64,000 nucleotides of DNA from an uncultured Acidimicrobiaceae bacterium. Its GTDB lineage: Bacteria > Actinomycetota > Acidimicrobiia > Acidimicrobiales > Bog-793. Shown here piece after piece: positions 37,195 through 47,200 of this stretch. The position numbers and the translations under genes were made by a program. A model generated the notes under the pieces. That model saw only the letters and a program-made list of their open reading frames with translations, was not told the origin of the DNA and searched no databases. How positions within the stretch are numbered: position 1 is the first letter of the stretch; every line of letters starts with the position of its first letter. The stretch is taken from assembly GCA_963841155.1 (NCBI GenBank), contig CAWJBM010000005.1, positions 264,475 through 328,474 of the forward strand, read 5' to 3'.

Positions 37195-37461
37195 CTACCT
37201 GCTCTCGTCCTCTTGGGCGGCGTCCTGGCCCACGGCTTCAAGCCGCGGCAGGAGCGAACTGACCTTCTCCCGGGCGCCGCGAATCCGGCGATCAAGCTCC
37301 TCGACAATCTCCACTGCCCGGCGCAGCCGGACCTCGAGGAGGTCAACGTCAATGACGCCACCCTCGAGCTCGGCAATGATGGCGTCAAGCTCGTCGGACG
37401 CATCGGCGTAGCCGAGCTCGCCGACCGGCACGTAGTTGGTACCGGGGTCGAATGCGCTCAT
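37195..37461 (-). CDS. xseB: Exodeoxyribonuclease VII small subunit
   Basis: 88 aa. 'ELDAIIAELEGGVIDVDLLEVRLRRAVEIVEELDRRI'. Overlaps the xseA stop. Confidence 0.85.
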   Translation of the reverse strand: MSAFDPGTNYVPVGELGYADASDELDAIIAELEGGVIDVDLLEVRLRRAVEIVEELDRRIRGAREKVSSLLPRLEAVGQDAAQEDESR

Positions 37462-39089
37462 GGGATTCCTCCGTCGTTCGCAGTTTCGCCGTTGACCGCT
37501 GCGGCTTGGACCGGCGGTCGGATCTCGTCGACCACCGAGCGTGCGCTACCCTCCGCAAAGGTCGTGATCAGCCTTTCGCCCCGCCGAAGCGAGGCCGACG
37601 ATCGAACCACCCTGCCGGCTTCGTCGCGCGTGAGCGACCAGCCCCGTTCCAGCTGGTGGCGGGGGTTGAGCAACTGCAGCAGTTCCCGCTGGTGGGCAAC
37701 ACGTTGGGTTTGCACGACGAGCTGCCGCGACGACGGGGCGGCCAACTTCTGGGCGCGGTTGACCAATCGCCCCTGGCTCCGCTCGATCGCCACCAGCGCA
37801 GCGTTGCCGATGCGCGTCTCGGCACTGCGCAGGTTCAGCGACGAGCGCTCGAGGGCTTGACGGGCCACCCGGCGAGTCAGGGCACAGGAGGTGACAAGCT
37901 CCCGGCCCGCTTCGTCCAGCCGGGCCTCGACGCGCTGCGCGAGTCTTCGTGCGCGCTGGTCCACGCCTCGCAGGTACGCCCCGACCACGGCCACCACCGC
38001 CTCGCCGCATTGCGTGGGAGTCACGAGCGCCTGATGTGCGACTTCGTCGGCAACTGAGCGGTCCCCGGTATGCCCGATACCGGTCCAAACGGGGCACGGC
38101 GCCTTGGCAATGGCTCGCGCGACCGGCTCGGAGTCGAAAGCCGCCAGATCGCCTCTTGCCCCTCCTCCGCGAACCAGGACCAGGAGCTCAGGCTCGAACG
38201 CGCTGAGCCTCGTCAAAGCATCGACGATCTGGGCCGGCGCCTCGGGTCCCTGGACGAGAGACGGCTCGAAACGGACGTCGAACAGATAACCGGATCGTTC
38301 CAGTTCACCCGTGAAGTCGCGATATGCCTCCGAACCCGGGCTGGTGACAAGCCCAATTCGCAGGGGGACCAATGCCAACGGCAGGCGCCGGTTCGCCTCG
38401 AGGAGGTCCTCGGCCGCGAGTGTGCCCAGCAATCGTCTCCGGGCCGTCGCGATCGCGCCGACCAGCGCCTCCACATCGAGGGCGGTCATGGAAAAGCGCA
38501 ACTTGCTTCCACCTTCCCAGACCGAGACCTTGCCGCGCACACGCACGACGAGCCCCGGCACGAGCTCGACTCCGACCGCCGCCAGCTCGTACTGGACGGC
38601 AGGCCACTCCCGCGCCCAACAAGCGACCTCGAGCGTGGCGTTCAGGTTGCGAGCGGCTGAGCCGCTCCGAGGCGCCGCCGAGCCATCGGAGACCGGTCGT
38701 GCCAGCCCGTCGAGATGGTCCGCTAGCTCCAGGTAACGGTGACCCCGAGACGTGGTCACCTTGCGGATCTCTCCTGTCACCCAGACCTCGTCGGGAAACG
38801 CCTCCCGGAGTGCACCCCGCACACAGTCGTAGAAGTCACTGACCGACAAAGCCGCGTCGGAGGCCGATCCCGGCGTCAAGAGCGGTTCGGAGGCGACGAC
38901 CGACAGCACTGATGGCGGTCCCGGGGCGCCGAGAGGCCACCCGGTTGGCCGAGCCGCGGGCACCACGTGACCGGACAAAGGACCCTCCGGATCCGGCCCT
39001 TGAGCTCCGCCAGAGGTGAAATCGAACCGCAGCTCCTCGACGTCGGGCCCTTTCGCGTCCCGCCCCCGCGTCGCTCGGGTGCCGGCCAT
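37458..39089 (-). CDS. xseA: Exodeoxyribonuclease VII large subunit
   Basis: 'VWVTGEIRKVTTSRGHRYLELAD' (OB fold), 'IGLVTSPGSEAYRDF', 'LVLVRGGGARGDLAAFD', 'PVWTGIGHTGD'. The N-terminal ~90 aa is unusual, so the start is uncertain. Confidence 0.8.
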   Translation of the reverse strand: MAGTRATRGRDAKGPDVEELRFDFTSGGAQGPDPEGPLSGHVVPAARPTGWPLGAPGPPSVLSVVASEPLLTPGSASDAALSVSDFYDCVRGALREAFPDEVWVTGEIRKVTTSRGHRYLELADHLDGLARPVSDGSAAPRSGSAARNLNATLEVACWAREWPAVQYELAAVGVELVPGLVVRVRGKVSVWEGGSKLRFSMTALDVEALVGAIATARRRLLGTLAAEDLLEANRRLPLALVPLRIGLVTSPGSEAYRDFTGELERSGYLFDVRFEPSLVQGPEAPAQIVDALTRLSAFEPELLVLVRGGGARGDLAAFDSEPVARAIAKAPCPVWTGIGHTGDRSVADEVAHQALVTPTQCGEAVVAVVGAYLRGVDQRARRLAQRVEARLDEAGRELVTSCALTRRVARQALERSSLNLRSAETRIGNAALVAIERSQGRLVNRAQKLAAPSSRQLVVQTQRVAHQRELLQLLNPRHQLERGWSLTRDEAGRVVRSSASLRRGERLITTFAEGSARSVVDEIRPPVQAAAVNGETANDGGIP

Positions 39090-39143
39090 TGGCCCAAGGC
39101 TACCGCTGGGCGTGTCAACGCCTCCGGATCATCTCGGTGGACA

Positions 39144-40370
39144 TCAGCCCGAGGACCCGAACTGAATCGCCACGTGCAGGTTCTGCTCCTTCGACCAGCG
39201 GCGACCGCCGTCGGCAAGCCGCCAGTCGGCGAACGAGGTGTCGTCGACGACGAGGGCGTCCACCCTTCCCGCCGGAGCGAACACAACCGTGGCCGTACGC
39301 GCCGGCGGTGAGCGCAGCGTGCTCCAAGTCATGTGCGATTCGCCCAAGACCGCGAGCGTGTCAGGGTGAGCCGAGCCCGAGATCAATGCGAACAGTCCCA
39401 CCTTGCCCGCCGGGCCGAACGAGACCACGCCCTCGGGCCCGGCAAGCAGCAACGCCGGTGAGACCCGCCACGTCAGCCTGCTGCCCCTCGTGCAGGCCGC
39501 GACCAATTGTGCACTGCGCCTGCCGGTGATACCAACGAGCGCGCACAGGCCAGCAGTCGTCGTCTGCAGGCCCAGCACCTCGGTGCTCGAATGACCGAAC
39601 GGCTGGGGTAGCCCTGGGCCGACGAGGCGCCAGGCGCTGTCTTGCTCGGTGAAGATGCCGACAACTCCGTCCCGGCGACAGCTTGCCCCGATGAGCCGAT
39701 GCCCGGCCGAGTAGCCGACGGCCGTTAGTGAGACGATCCCACAGGCACGCCCTGGCGGCGAGGCAGCCAGGGCCCTCTCGGAGACCAGCGACCGCCAGCT
39801 TGTCAGGGCCGCCGGGCTCACCAACACCTGAGCTGCCCGGCCCTCTCCCACCAGGGCCAGCGCCTCGCCTCCAGCCGCGATCGCCAGGGCGTCGGGCTGC
39901 TCGGCGAGCGCGCCGACAGGGTCGGCGGGAAACCACGAGCGAGCATCCGAGGTGACGATTAGCGGCGAGTAGCTGAGCTTGGCGGCGGATCGAATTCCGA
40001 CAGCGAGCGACTCGCCGCCCCGTGTGGCGACGATCAGGCCCCCGTTTGTGGCGACCGCAAGCACCGAGGCCCGGTCGGACCAGGCCGAGGCGCCGGCCGG
40101 CCTGAACAAGAGCTGCCAGAACGTGTTCAGCGGTTGGTCGAGGTGTCCCATCGGGACGACCGCCCAGGAGCCAGCAGAAGTCTCGATCGAGGTTGCCAGC
40201 GAGGCACGGACCACTGCACTGCTCACTTGCGACTTCGGGCTTGCCGCCGTCGTCGGCCCACAGCCTGACACGGCGAGCGCGCCGAGCGTCATCAACGCGA
40301 ACCCCTCGGCGAGAAAGCGCCGTGCCCACGGGCAAGACAGCGCTCGTCCAGACTGAGCCCAGGTGCTCAC
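39144..40370 (-). CDS. Putative lipoprotein, function unknown
   Basis: 'MTLGALAVSGCGPTT' lipobox. Coupled to the upstream SCO-domain gene (4-nt overlap). Confidence 0.5.
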   Translation of the reverse strand: MSTWAQSGRALSCPWARRFLAEGFALMTLGALAVSGCGPTTAASPKSQVSSAVVRASLATSIETSAGSWAVVPMGHLDQPLNTFWQLLFRPAGASAWSDRASVLAVATNGGLIVATRGGESLAVGIRSAAKLSYSPLIVTSDARSWFPADPVGALAEQPDALAIAAGGEALALVGEGRAAQVLVSPAALTSWRSLVSERALAASPPGRACGIVSLTAVGYSAGHRLIGASCRRDGVVGIFTEQDSAWRLVGPGLPQPFGHSSTEVLGLQTTTAGLCALVGITGRRSAQLVAACTRGSRLTWRVSPALLLAGPEGVVSFGPAGKVGLFALISGSAHPDTLAVLGESHMTWSTLRSPPARTATVVFAPAGRVDALVVDDTSFADWRLADGGRRWSKEQNLHVAIQFGSSG

Positions 40371-42202
40371 GATGACCCAAGCACGGCGCGAAGCTCGCCG
40401 GCGAGCACGGCGGCAAACGAGGACCTCGACGCCTGCGTGCCGGGGCCCGGGTCGCTGTTGAGGATGTAACGGATGTGGCCCGTCGGATCGATCACAAAGG
40501 AGATGTCATTGTGGGCGATCATCGCCCCTCCCGGAGCAAAGGCAACCTGGACACCGAACGAGCTCCAGACCCGCGTGAGCTCGGAGGTGGAACCGGTGAG
40601 GTAGTGCCAGTTCGAGAGCTGCTGGAGATCCTCTTGCCGGTCGAAAGCGACCAGGTACGAGCGCGCACGGTAGACCGGGTTGGCCACGACGGCCACCAGC
40701 GCGACACGCCTAGCGGTGGCACCAAGCAGGCCGTCGGCCTGTCGGAACTCCTCGGCGATGAGCGGGCAGTCGGAAACGCAGACGGGATCGAGGAACGTGA
40801 CGGCGACCGCCTTGCCACTGAGGCTCCGCAGCGACACCGTCGCTCCGTGCTGATCGACGAGCCGGAATTCCGGGGCCGCGGTGTTGACGACGCCCGGTGC
40901 GCCGTCGACGGCCTCGGCGATTATCGGGTCCGCGTTTGGATTCATGGAAGCCGCGGCCATGGGCACGACGCCGACAAGAATGATCCCGATCGCGGCGAGG
41001 GCGGCGATGGCGCGCAAGGCGTACGCCGGTCGGCTGGCGAGCCGTGCCCAGAACGACGAGCCGTCGCCAAGCGTGGTGGGGATCGCGACCGGCGCGCCGA
41101 TCACGGCGGGAAGGCGTGTCATCGCCAGATACCCGGCTACGAAGATGAGACACATCGGGATCATGCTGTTCGGGTCGGTCCCCACGCCGCCGAAGAAACC
41201 GAAGTCCTCGATGAGCACCCAGTCTGCGATGCACAGGACGATCCCGGCATAGACCGCGACACGCGCCACCGAGGCTCGCCCGGCCAACAAGCCGATCCCG
41301 ACGCCAGCGAGACAGACCACGAGGAACAGGTTCACGGCCCAACCGTGCGCGGCGTCAAAGGCCGCAAAGCTCGCCAGCAGGGAGGAGATGAACGCGGGCT
41401 GGGGCGTCGCCGACATCTGTTGCACCATTCCGAGAAGTGTCCCCGGGGTCGCTTCATGGCCCAGCTGCCCCTGCCAGAAGCCCCGGCCCGGCCAGGCCTG
41501 AAGGACGGCCATCCCGACGAAGAAGAGGCCCATGACCGAAAGAACAGTCCTGCCGAGCCGCGGGCTCGACCACGTTCTCTCAGGCAGGGCGATGAGCACC
41601 CCGGCCAAGCAGTAGAAGACGACCGCCCCAGGGGCGCCAAAGGCCCAGGTGAGTGCCGGCGCGAAGACCCCGCCGAAGCTCTCGCCGAAGATCCAGACGA
41701 CGATTCCCCAGAACGCGCTCGCCATCCCGGCCAGCCGTGACCAGTACCCCAGGGGCGCGACAATCAGCCAGATGCCGAGACCGACCTGGATCCACACCGC
41801 CGAGGCAGGCACGGCGATCGGGTGGTTGCTCCAGATCGTCGCCCCAGCGTTCACGACGTGCTGCACCCACGCCGGCGAGCTTGCCGCGGTCGGCTCGATC
41901 ACCTGGGTCGTCATGCCGAGCGGCATCGAAGGCTGAGCCTGGAGCAGACCGTCGAAGATCCAGATGAGGCCGAAGGCGATCCGGAGCAATCGCCGGCCGG
42001 CCGCCTCGGGGTAGGACCAGGCTCCGGCGGGCGGCGCACCAGCTCTCGCCCGCCGCAACTGCACCGCACGCAGCAGGTTCCAGGCCAACGCGAGCAAGGC
42101 GAGGATGACCACGGCGATCAGTGCTTCGTGCAAGAGTAGTGATCGAAAGGCCGAGACGATCGTACGGTTGTCCGTCGAAATCCCAGAGCTCATCCCTGGC
42201 AT
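40367..42202 (-). CDS. Polytopic membrane protein with C-terminal SCO1/SenC thioredoxin-like domain
   Basis: About 10 TM segments, then 'GKAVAVTFLDPVCVSDCPLIAEEF' (CxxxC) and 'HNDISFVIDPTGHIRY'. Confidence 0.7.
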   Translation of the reverse strand: MPGMSSGISTDNRTIVSAFRSLLLHEALIAVVILALLALAWNLLRAVQLRRARAGAPPAGAWSYPEAAGRRLLRIAFGLIWIFDGLLQAQPSMPLGMTTQVIEPTAASSPAWVQHVVNAGATIWSNHPIAVPASAVWIQVGLGIWLIVAPLGYWSRLAGMASAFWGIVVWIFGESFGGVFAPALTWAFGAPGAVVFYCLAGVLIALPERTWSSPRLGRTVLSVMGLFFVGMAVLQAWPGRGFWQGQLGHEATPGTLLGMVQQMSATPQPAFISSLLASFAAFDAAHGWAVNLFLVVCLAGVGIGLLAGRASVARVAVYAGIVLCIADWVLIEDFGFFGGVGTDPNSMIPMCLIFVAGYLAMTRLPAVIGAPVAIPTTLGDGSSFWARLASRPAYALRAIAALAAIGIILVGVVPMAAASMNPNADPIIAEAVDGAPGVVNTAAPEFRLVDQHGATVSLRSLSGKAVAVTFLDPVCVSDCPLIAEEFRQADGLLGATARRVALVAVVANPVYRARSYLVAFDRQEDLQQLSNWHYLTGSTSELTRVWSSFGVQVAFAPGGAMIAHNDISFVIDPTGHIRYILNSDPGPGTQASRSSFAAVLAGELRAVLGSS

Positions 42203-42305
42203 GGCGGTTGACGCACTCCTGTCGTTGGCGACGAGGCCGGACCGGCCGGATCCTAAGACACCCGGCCGAGGTGGTGGTGGCGAGCCGGCCCTTGGACGGG
42301 ATGGC

Positions 42306-42363
42306 CGCTCAAGACACCGCGCCGGTGTCCGCGCTCAAGCCACCACGCCGGTGTCGGCGCTGG
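42306..42363 (+). repeat. 26-bp tandem repeat (about 2.2 copies) in a divergent intergenic region
   Basis: 'cgctcaagacaccgcgccggtgtccg' / 'cgctcaagccaccacgccggtgtcgg' / 'cgctgg'. Confidence 0.4.
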
Positions 42364-42467
42364 CCCTTTCGGTGGCCTAGGTCAACTCGGTAGTGTTGCA
42401 ACCGCCAGGCACCCGCCCCGAGACGCATACCTGTTGAGCGGCTGAGGGTGCCGGCGAGGGAGGTCGT

Positions 42468-42806
42468 GTGGCTAAGTACTTCGTCCAGGTGGGTTATACC
42501 GCAGAGGCGTGGGCTGCGATGAGCCGTGGGCCGCATAGGGTGGTCGAACGGGTGCAGGCATCGGCAGAGGCCCTGGGCGGGTCAATCGAGAGCCTGTTCT
42601 TCTGCTTTGGCGACTACGACCTCGTGGGCATCGTCGACTTCCCAGACAGCCGGGGCGTCGCGGCGTGGTCCATGGCCGTGAGCAGCGGGGGCGACGTGCG
42701 CGCCTTCAAGACCACGACGCTGCTGTCCATCGAGGAGGGCCTGCACGCCCTCGGTCGGGCCGCGGAGGCCACCCGGGCACAACGGCCGCCCAACGCGCCG
42801 GCCTGA
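42468..42806 (+). CDS. GYD-domain protein
   Basis: 112 aa. 'MAKYFVQVGYTAEAW ... FCFGDYDLVGIVDFPD'. Confidence 0.8.
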   Translation: MAKYFVQVGYTAEAWAAMSRGPHRVVERVQASAEALGGSIESLFFCFGDYDLVGIVDFPDSRGVAAWSMAVSSGGDVRAFKTTTLLSIEEGLHALGRAAEATRAQRPPNAPA

Positions 42807-42866
42807 ACAACCTCCGCCTCTCGACGGCCGACGACACCTCGAGACGGCTGTACCGCGCCCGAGGAA

Positions 42867-43370
42867 CTGGTGTGGGATCGAGTAGAGCGCCTTGTCCGTC
42901 TCGACGTGGAAGTCACGGTACAGCTTCGGCTCTGACCAGCGCGGGACGTCGAAGGCTGTGCCCGGCAGCGCCAGGAGTTTGCCGAGCTCCTCGAGCCTGA
43001 ACTCCTCGGCAGGCCGGCACTGGGTCGTGCCGTGGATGCGCATGCCGGCAGTCTGTTTGCGCCATGTCTCGGCACGTTCCCGGCAGTCGGTGAGGTCGAC
43101 AAAGCTCCCACCGGCGAAGAAGTTGTTCCGCGCATAGGGCACGACGCCTTCCACCCGAGGCTGTCGGTCGGCGTCGCGACGCGGGCGGCGTCGATCACAA
43201 AGCCCCGTGCCTGGGCGTACTCGAGGAACGTGTCGTTGAAACGAGGGGCGGTGTTCTGCTCCGGCCGAGCGAACCATCACGATGTCGTCGATGTGACCGT
43301 TGTCGAGGGCGCGGCCCGCCGCGACAACGACGTTATCATCACCTCGAACGAGAGCCATGTCCGAAGCCAA
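42867..43370 (-). pseudogene. IS21-family istA fragment (internal piece, at least 2 frameshifts)
   Basis: Minus-strand frames read 'ALDNGHIDDIV', 'PEQNTAPRFNDTFLEYAQARGFVIDAARV', then 'QPRVEGVVPYARNNFFAGGSFVDL...RIHGTTQCRPAEEF...FDVPRWSEPKLYRDFHVETDKALYSIPHQFLG'. The HTH N-terminus and the C-terminus are missing. Confidence 0.6.
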
Positions 43371-43493
43371 GCAGGTCTTGATCTGGCGCGAATGCAGCCC
43401 GTTTCGTAAGACGATGTGATCGATGTCTAGACGGCCGCCGCGTTACAAACTTTCCGAGGCCAGGGCTACGGAGATAGGAGTCGCGAAATCCGC

Positions 43494-44717
43494 GTGTTGT
43501 TGTCGACATATGGGGGGCGCGGTGACGTCGAACCGCTGGTGGGACTCGCGGTGCGGTTGCGTGAACTCGGCGCGGAGGTGCAGATGTGCGTGCCGGTGGA
43601 TCGCGCGGAGCGACCAGCCGAGATCGGCGTGCCCCTGCTGCTGGCCGGCCCCCCGGTGCGCCCGCTGGTACAGGGAGCGGCGCGGCCGTCGCCAGCCGAC
43701 CTGCCCAGGCTCGCGGCAGAGGTGATGGCCGCGCAGTTCGACACCCTTGCAGCGGCAGCCGAGGGATTCGATGCGTTGCTGGCGACCGGTCTGCTGCCGG
43801 TCGCGGCGAGCGCGCGGTCGGTGACCGAGAAGCTCGGCATCGGCTACGTCTACGCGGCCTACTGTCCGATCTTCCTGCCTTCGCCCCACCACGCGCCGAC
43901 TCCGTTCCCGGGTCGGCCGTTCCCACCGGAGGTGACCGACAACCGGGTGCTGTGGGACCTGCAAGCCCAGATCGCGAACGAGCTGTTCGGCGCGGCGCTC
44001 AACACCCGCCGGGCGTCGATCGGCCTGCCGCCGGTGGACAGCGTCTACGACTACGGCTTTACCGACCACCCCTGGCTGGCGGCAGACCCGACCCTGGCTC
44101 CGTGGCAGGAGCCGGCGGATCTCGAGGTCGTGCAGACGGGAGCGTGGACCCTGCCGGACCAGCGTCCGCTCCCGGCCGAGTTGGCGGCGTTCCTGGACGC
44201 CGGCACACCACCGGTGTACGTCGGCTTCGGCAGCATGCGCGCCCCGAAGGACATCGCCCGGGTGGCCATCGAGGCGATCCGCGCGCAGGGCCGTCGCGCT
44301 GTCGTTGCCCGCGGCTGGGCCGACCTGGCCCTGACCGACGACCGCCACGACTGCTTCGCTGTCGGCGAGGTCAACCAGCAGGCACTTTTCGCCCGGGTGG
44401 CCGCCGTCGTGCACCACGGCGGCGCGGGCACGACGACGACGGCCGCCCGTGCTGGTGCGCCTCAGGTTGTGGTACCCCAGATGGCGGATCAGCCGTACTG
44501 GGCCGGCCGTGTGGCCGACCTGGGCATCGGCGCGGCGCACGACGGTCCGACTCCGACCACCGAGTCCCTGTCTGCCGCGCTCAGGGCGGCCCTGACCCCT
44601 GAGACCCGCGCCCGAGCGAGCGCCGTGGCCGGCACGATCCGTACCGACGGAGCGACGGTGGCCGCGAGCCTGCTGCTCGAAGCGATCAGCCAGGAAAAAC
44701 CAGCAGCGTCCGCGTGA
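43494..44717 (+). CDS. GT1-family (Gtf/MGT-type, UDP-sugar dependent) glycosyltransferase
   Basis: 407 aa. 'GGRGDVEPLVGLAVRLRELGAEV' and 'VVHHGGAGTTTTAARAGAPQVVVPQMADQPYWA'. Confidence 0.8.
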   Translation: MLLSTYGGRGDVEPLVGLAVRLRELGAEVQMCVPVDRAERPAEIGVPLLLAGPPVRPLVQGAARPSPADLPRLAAEVMAAQFDTLAAAAEGFDALLATGLLPVAASARSVTEKLGIGYVYAAYCPIFLPSPHHAPTPFPGRPFPPEVTDNRVLWDLQAQIANELFGAALNTRRASIGLPPVDSVYDYGFTDHPWLAADPTLAPWQEPADLEVVQTGAWTLPDQRPLPAELAAFLDAGTPPVYVGFGSMRAPKDIARVAIEAIRAQGRRAVVARGWADLALTDDRHDCFAVGEVNQQALFARVAAVVHHGGAGTTTTAARAGAPQVVVPQMADQPYWAGRVADLGIGAAHDGPTPTTESLSAALRAALTPETRARASAVAGTIRTDGATVAASLLLEAISQEKPAASA

Positions 44718-45055
44718 ACCACGGCATCTCCTACCGTCTTTCGGGCGATCGCCGGGTTGTTCTCGGAAGCGGAGGATGTAAGAAACGATGGGAAGTCGAC
44801 CGGGCTCGACAAACAATGCGCACCTGCATCGAGCCGGGCGGCGTCGCCTCACTCCTGGTCGCTGGCGGAGCACCGATCCAAATCTGCCTTGCCTCTCGTG
44901 CTCCAAAGAGTTCAGTAAGTCGGGTCACAGCGCCAGATCTGCGAAATAGAGCGCGCAAACATGTATCCGTCGGAGAGGCACAATCGCACACCGACCGACG
45001 TCTCGGACCGTCGACTGCCGGCGAACCCAGATTGAGACCTTTCGGCGACGCACGC

Positions 45056-45670
45056 TCAACGCGTCCTGACCAGCTCGATTGCCACGACGAACAAGAAGCC
45101 AATCGTCCCCGCGTAGAAGGCTCTCTCCACGAGGCCGAAATAGCGGCGCATCGATTCGCTTCGCCGGGCTGCACCCATCGAGACCAGGCATACGAGCATC
45201 GCAATCCCGAGCCCGGCGATCGGCCAGCGTGCGTGCACCCATAGGTTCGATCCACTGATATCGGTCCCGAGCCGCAGTGCGGCGAGAGTGGCGCCTGCGA
45301 ACGCCGCGAGCGCGAGCACTCCGTGCCGGCGGCCGGACTCGGTGCGTGCTGCGCCGGGAAGGTCCATTGGGAACCAACTGATGGCGAGACGCGCTGCACC
45401 GAAGACTACGAGGAGGACAACAACGAGCGGACCACCACGGATGGCGAGCTTGGAGATTCCGATTGCTGCAGCGATGGCGGCGATTCCCATCGCGATTGTC
45501 TGAACCCGATAACCGAGCCGGTAGGACGTGATCCCGTATTGGCTCACCGGATTCGTGAGGGGTGAGAGCCCGGTCGGAAGCACGTGGAGAACGACGAGCG
45601 TCACCAGACATGACGCCGTAGCGGCGATTGCGATCGAACCCGTGACGGTGAAGACCTCTGGACTTGTCAC
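45056..45670 (-). CDS. DUF998-type membrane protein
   Basis: 204 aa with six hydrophobic segments. 'VLHVLPTGLSPLTNPVSQYGITSY'. Confidence 0.6.
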   Translation of the reverse strand: MTSPEVFTVTGSIAIAATASCLVTLVVLHVLPTGLSPLTNPVSQYGITSYRLGYRVQTIAMGIAAIAAAIGISKLAIRGGPLVVVLLVVFGAARLAISWFPMDLPGAARTESGRRHGVLALAAFAGATLAALRLGTDISGSNLWVHARWPIAGLGIAMLVCLVSMGAARRSESMRRYFGLVERAFYAGTIGFLFVVAIELVRTR

Positions 45671-45809
45671 GAAAGGAAGGTTACGCGCGGCGTTTGCGAA
45701 GGCTTGCGCTTACGCGCGGGAACAGAATGTCGACCCGAACACCGGGAGGCACACAGGCACCAAGACGACGAACCGACGGGTCGGCGCGTTGACCGGGCGG
45801 CCCGGAACA

Positions 45810-46328
45810 TCACTCCCCCGTGGTGCCGTCGAGCAGCTCCCGCGTCGCGTCGACGTGTCCCGCGTGCCGAGCAGTCTCGTTGATCAGGTGGAGCAGCACC
45901 CAACGCAGGTCCTCACCTTGGCCTCCCCATCCGCAGCAAGGCGCCGTGAGTGACATCGCCCGGACCGCAGCGTCGGTGACCTCGCCCCGCTTGCGATAGG
46001 TGGTCAGGGCGGCTTCGATGCTCAGCTCCGGACCGGGCCTGAACTCGGCCTCCTCCCTGGTCACCTCCTCGCCGAACATGCCGCCATCGATCCAGCGCCA
46101 TTCAACTCTGGTCAGGTGGTTCAGGACTCCCTTGATCGAGATCAGCCTCCCGTCGAGCCTCCAATCGGCTTGAGCTTCGTCTATGCCCTCGGCCTTCCGC
46201 AGTACAGCCCCCCGCAGGTAACCAAGCCAGGCCAGGAGCAGCTCTTGATCATCGGAGTTGGCCTCAGGGAAGCCGATGTCGGGATCGGTCACAGACAGCA
46301 CCATATTGCGGGCCGTCGAGGCGGGCAT
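45810..46328 (-). CDS. DinB/DUF664 (mycothiol-transferase-like) family protein
   Basis: 'LLAWLGYLRGAVLRKAEGI' and 'LHLINETARHAGHVDATRELLDG'. Confidence 0.8.
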   Translation of the reverse strand: MPASTARNMVLSVTDPDIGFPEANSDDQELLLAWLGYLRGAVLRKAEGIDEAQADWRLDGRLISIKGVLNHLTRVEWRWIDGGMFGEEVTREEAEFRPGPELSIEAALTTYRKRGEVTDAAVRAMSLTAPCCGWGGQGEDLRWVLLHLINETARHAGHVDATRELLDGTTGE

Positions 46329-46361
46329 CGATCTGGTCGGTGAAGAGGTGCGCAGCGCGCC

Positions 46362-46640
46362 CTATCGACCGGTCGGGCTCGCCTTCCGACATCGCGCGAG
46401 CCACGGGGGGCCGCCATCGGTGGGCCTATCCCCACGCCATGCCGCGGCATAATCACGAAACAACGTGCGTGCCCCCGCCGGGTGGATGTAGAGCCCGTGG
46501 GCGACCTCGCCCCGGACGACGTCGAGGAACTGCTGGGCGTCGCCCTTGCGGTCGAAGAGGCGCGTCTTCTGCGGGCCACCCGGGTACTCGCGCCACCTCC
46601 TCCGGTACCGCCAGTTCGGTCTCTTGTCGATGCTCGACAC
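46362..46640 (-). pseudogene. Tyrosine integrase N-terminal stub (about 90 codons)
   Basis: 'WRYRRRWREYPGGPQKTRLFDRKGDAQQFLDVVRGEVAHGLYIHPAGARTLFRDYAAAW' resembles the arm/SAM-like N-terminus of actinobacterial integrases. No catalytic domain follows. Confidence 0.5.
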
Positions 46641-46649
46641 GGTGCCTCC

Positions 46650-47115
46650 GCTGACCGCTCGGAGACCGGTCTCAGTCCTCAAGAAGTCCTGAGGACTGAA
46701 GCGGTGTCTTTCGGTCACCAACGCCAACCAGCGGCAAGAACGAAACCGCAGGCCAAGGGCGGCCTCCTCGCCGAGCTTTCTCCGCCTTATCGTCTGGAAG
46801 TAGGCGGCTGACCATGCCTTGGTGACGTCCTGGGCGCAATGGGCGCTGAGGTCCCCGAAAGGCCCGTGGGCCTTCTGGTCGGGCCAGAGCTGGACAAGGG
46901 AGTTGGCGTTGGGGGAGCCCGGCCCGGATGCGTTCATGGAACCGGTCGATGCAGAATGCCCAGGCGTCCCCACCGGCCACGAGCATTCCCCTGGCCCGAC
47001 GGTGCTTGGCGCGAGTTGACACCACTTTCACCCGGTAGCTGCGGATCACGTGCCCTTCGGGGACCTCCGCACCGCGAAACCCCATGGCCAGCAGACTAGG
47101 CGTGGGGTGTTTCAC
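46650..47115 (-). pseudogene. Possible TnpB/OrfB-like transposon protein N-terminal remnant (frameshifted)
   Basis: 'IRSYRVKVVSTRAKHRRARGMLVAGGDAWAFCIDRF', then in another frame 'LSAHCAQDVTKAWSAAYFQTIRRRKLGEEA'. Weak recollection-based similarity only. Confidence 0.3.
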
Positions 47116-47200
47116 TCACCTGGCTGACCCCGAACACGTGCCCGTACTCATAGTCTCCTGTGCTTAGCTTGACCGGCACGGCTGCCGATACAGTCATGTA

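Noticed and set aside
40475-41740. 421-aa plus-strand ORF
   Set aside because: Antisense shadow of the SCO1-domain membrane-protein gene.
43240-43360. Plus-strand PIN/VapC-like C-terminus ('HHDVVDVTVVEGAARRDNDVIITSNESHV')
   Set aside because: The minus strand of the same DNA reads 'PEQNTAPRFNDTFLEYAQARGFVIDAARV' and 'ALDNGHIDDIV'. These continue the IS21 istA fragment, which is a much better explanation.
43443-44906. 487-aa minus-strand ORF
   Set aside because: Antisense to the GT1 glycosyltransferase, which has the diagnostic 'HHGGAGT...PQ..DQ' motif.
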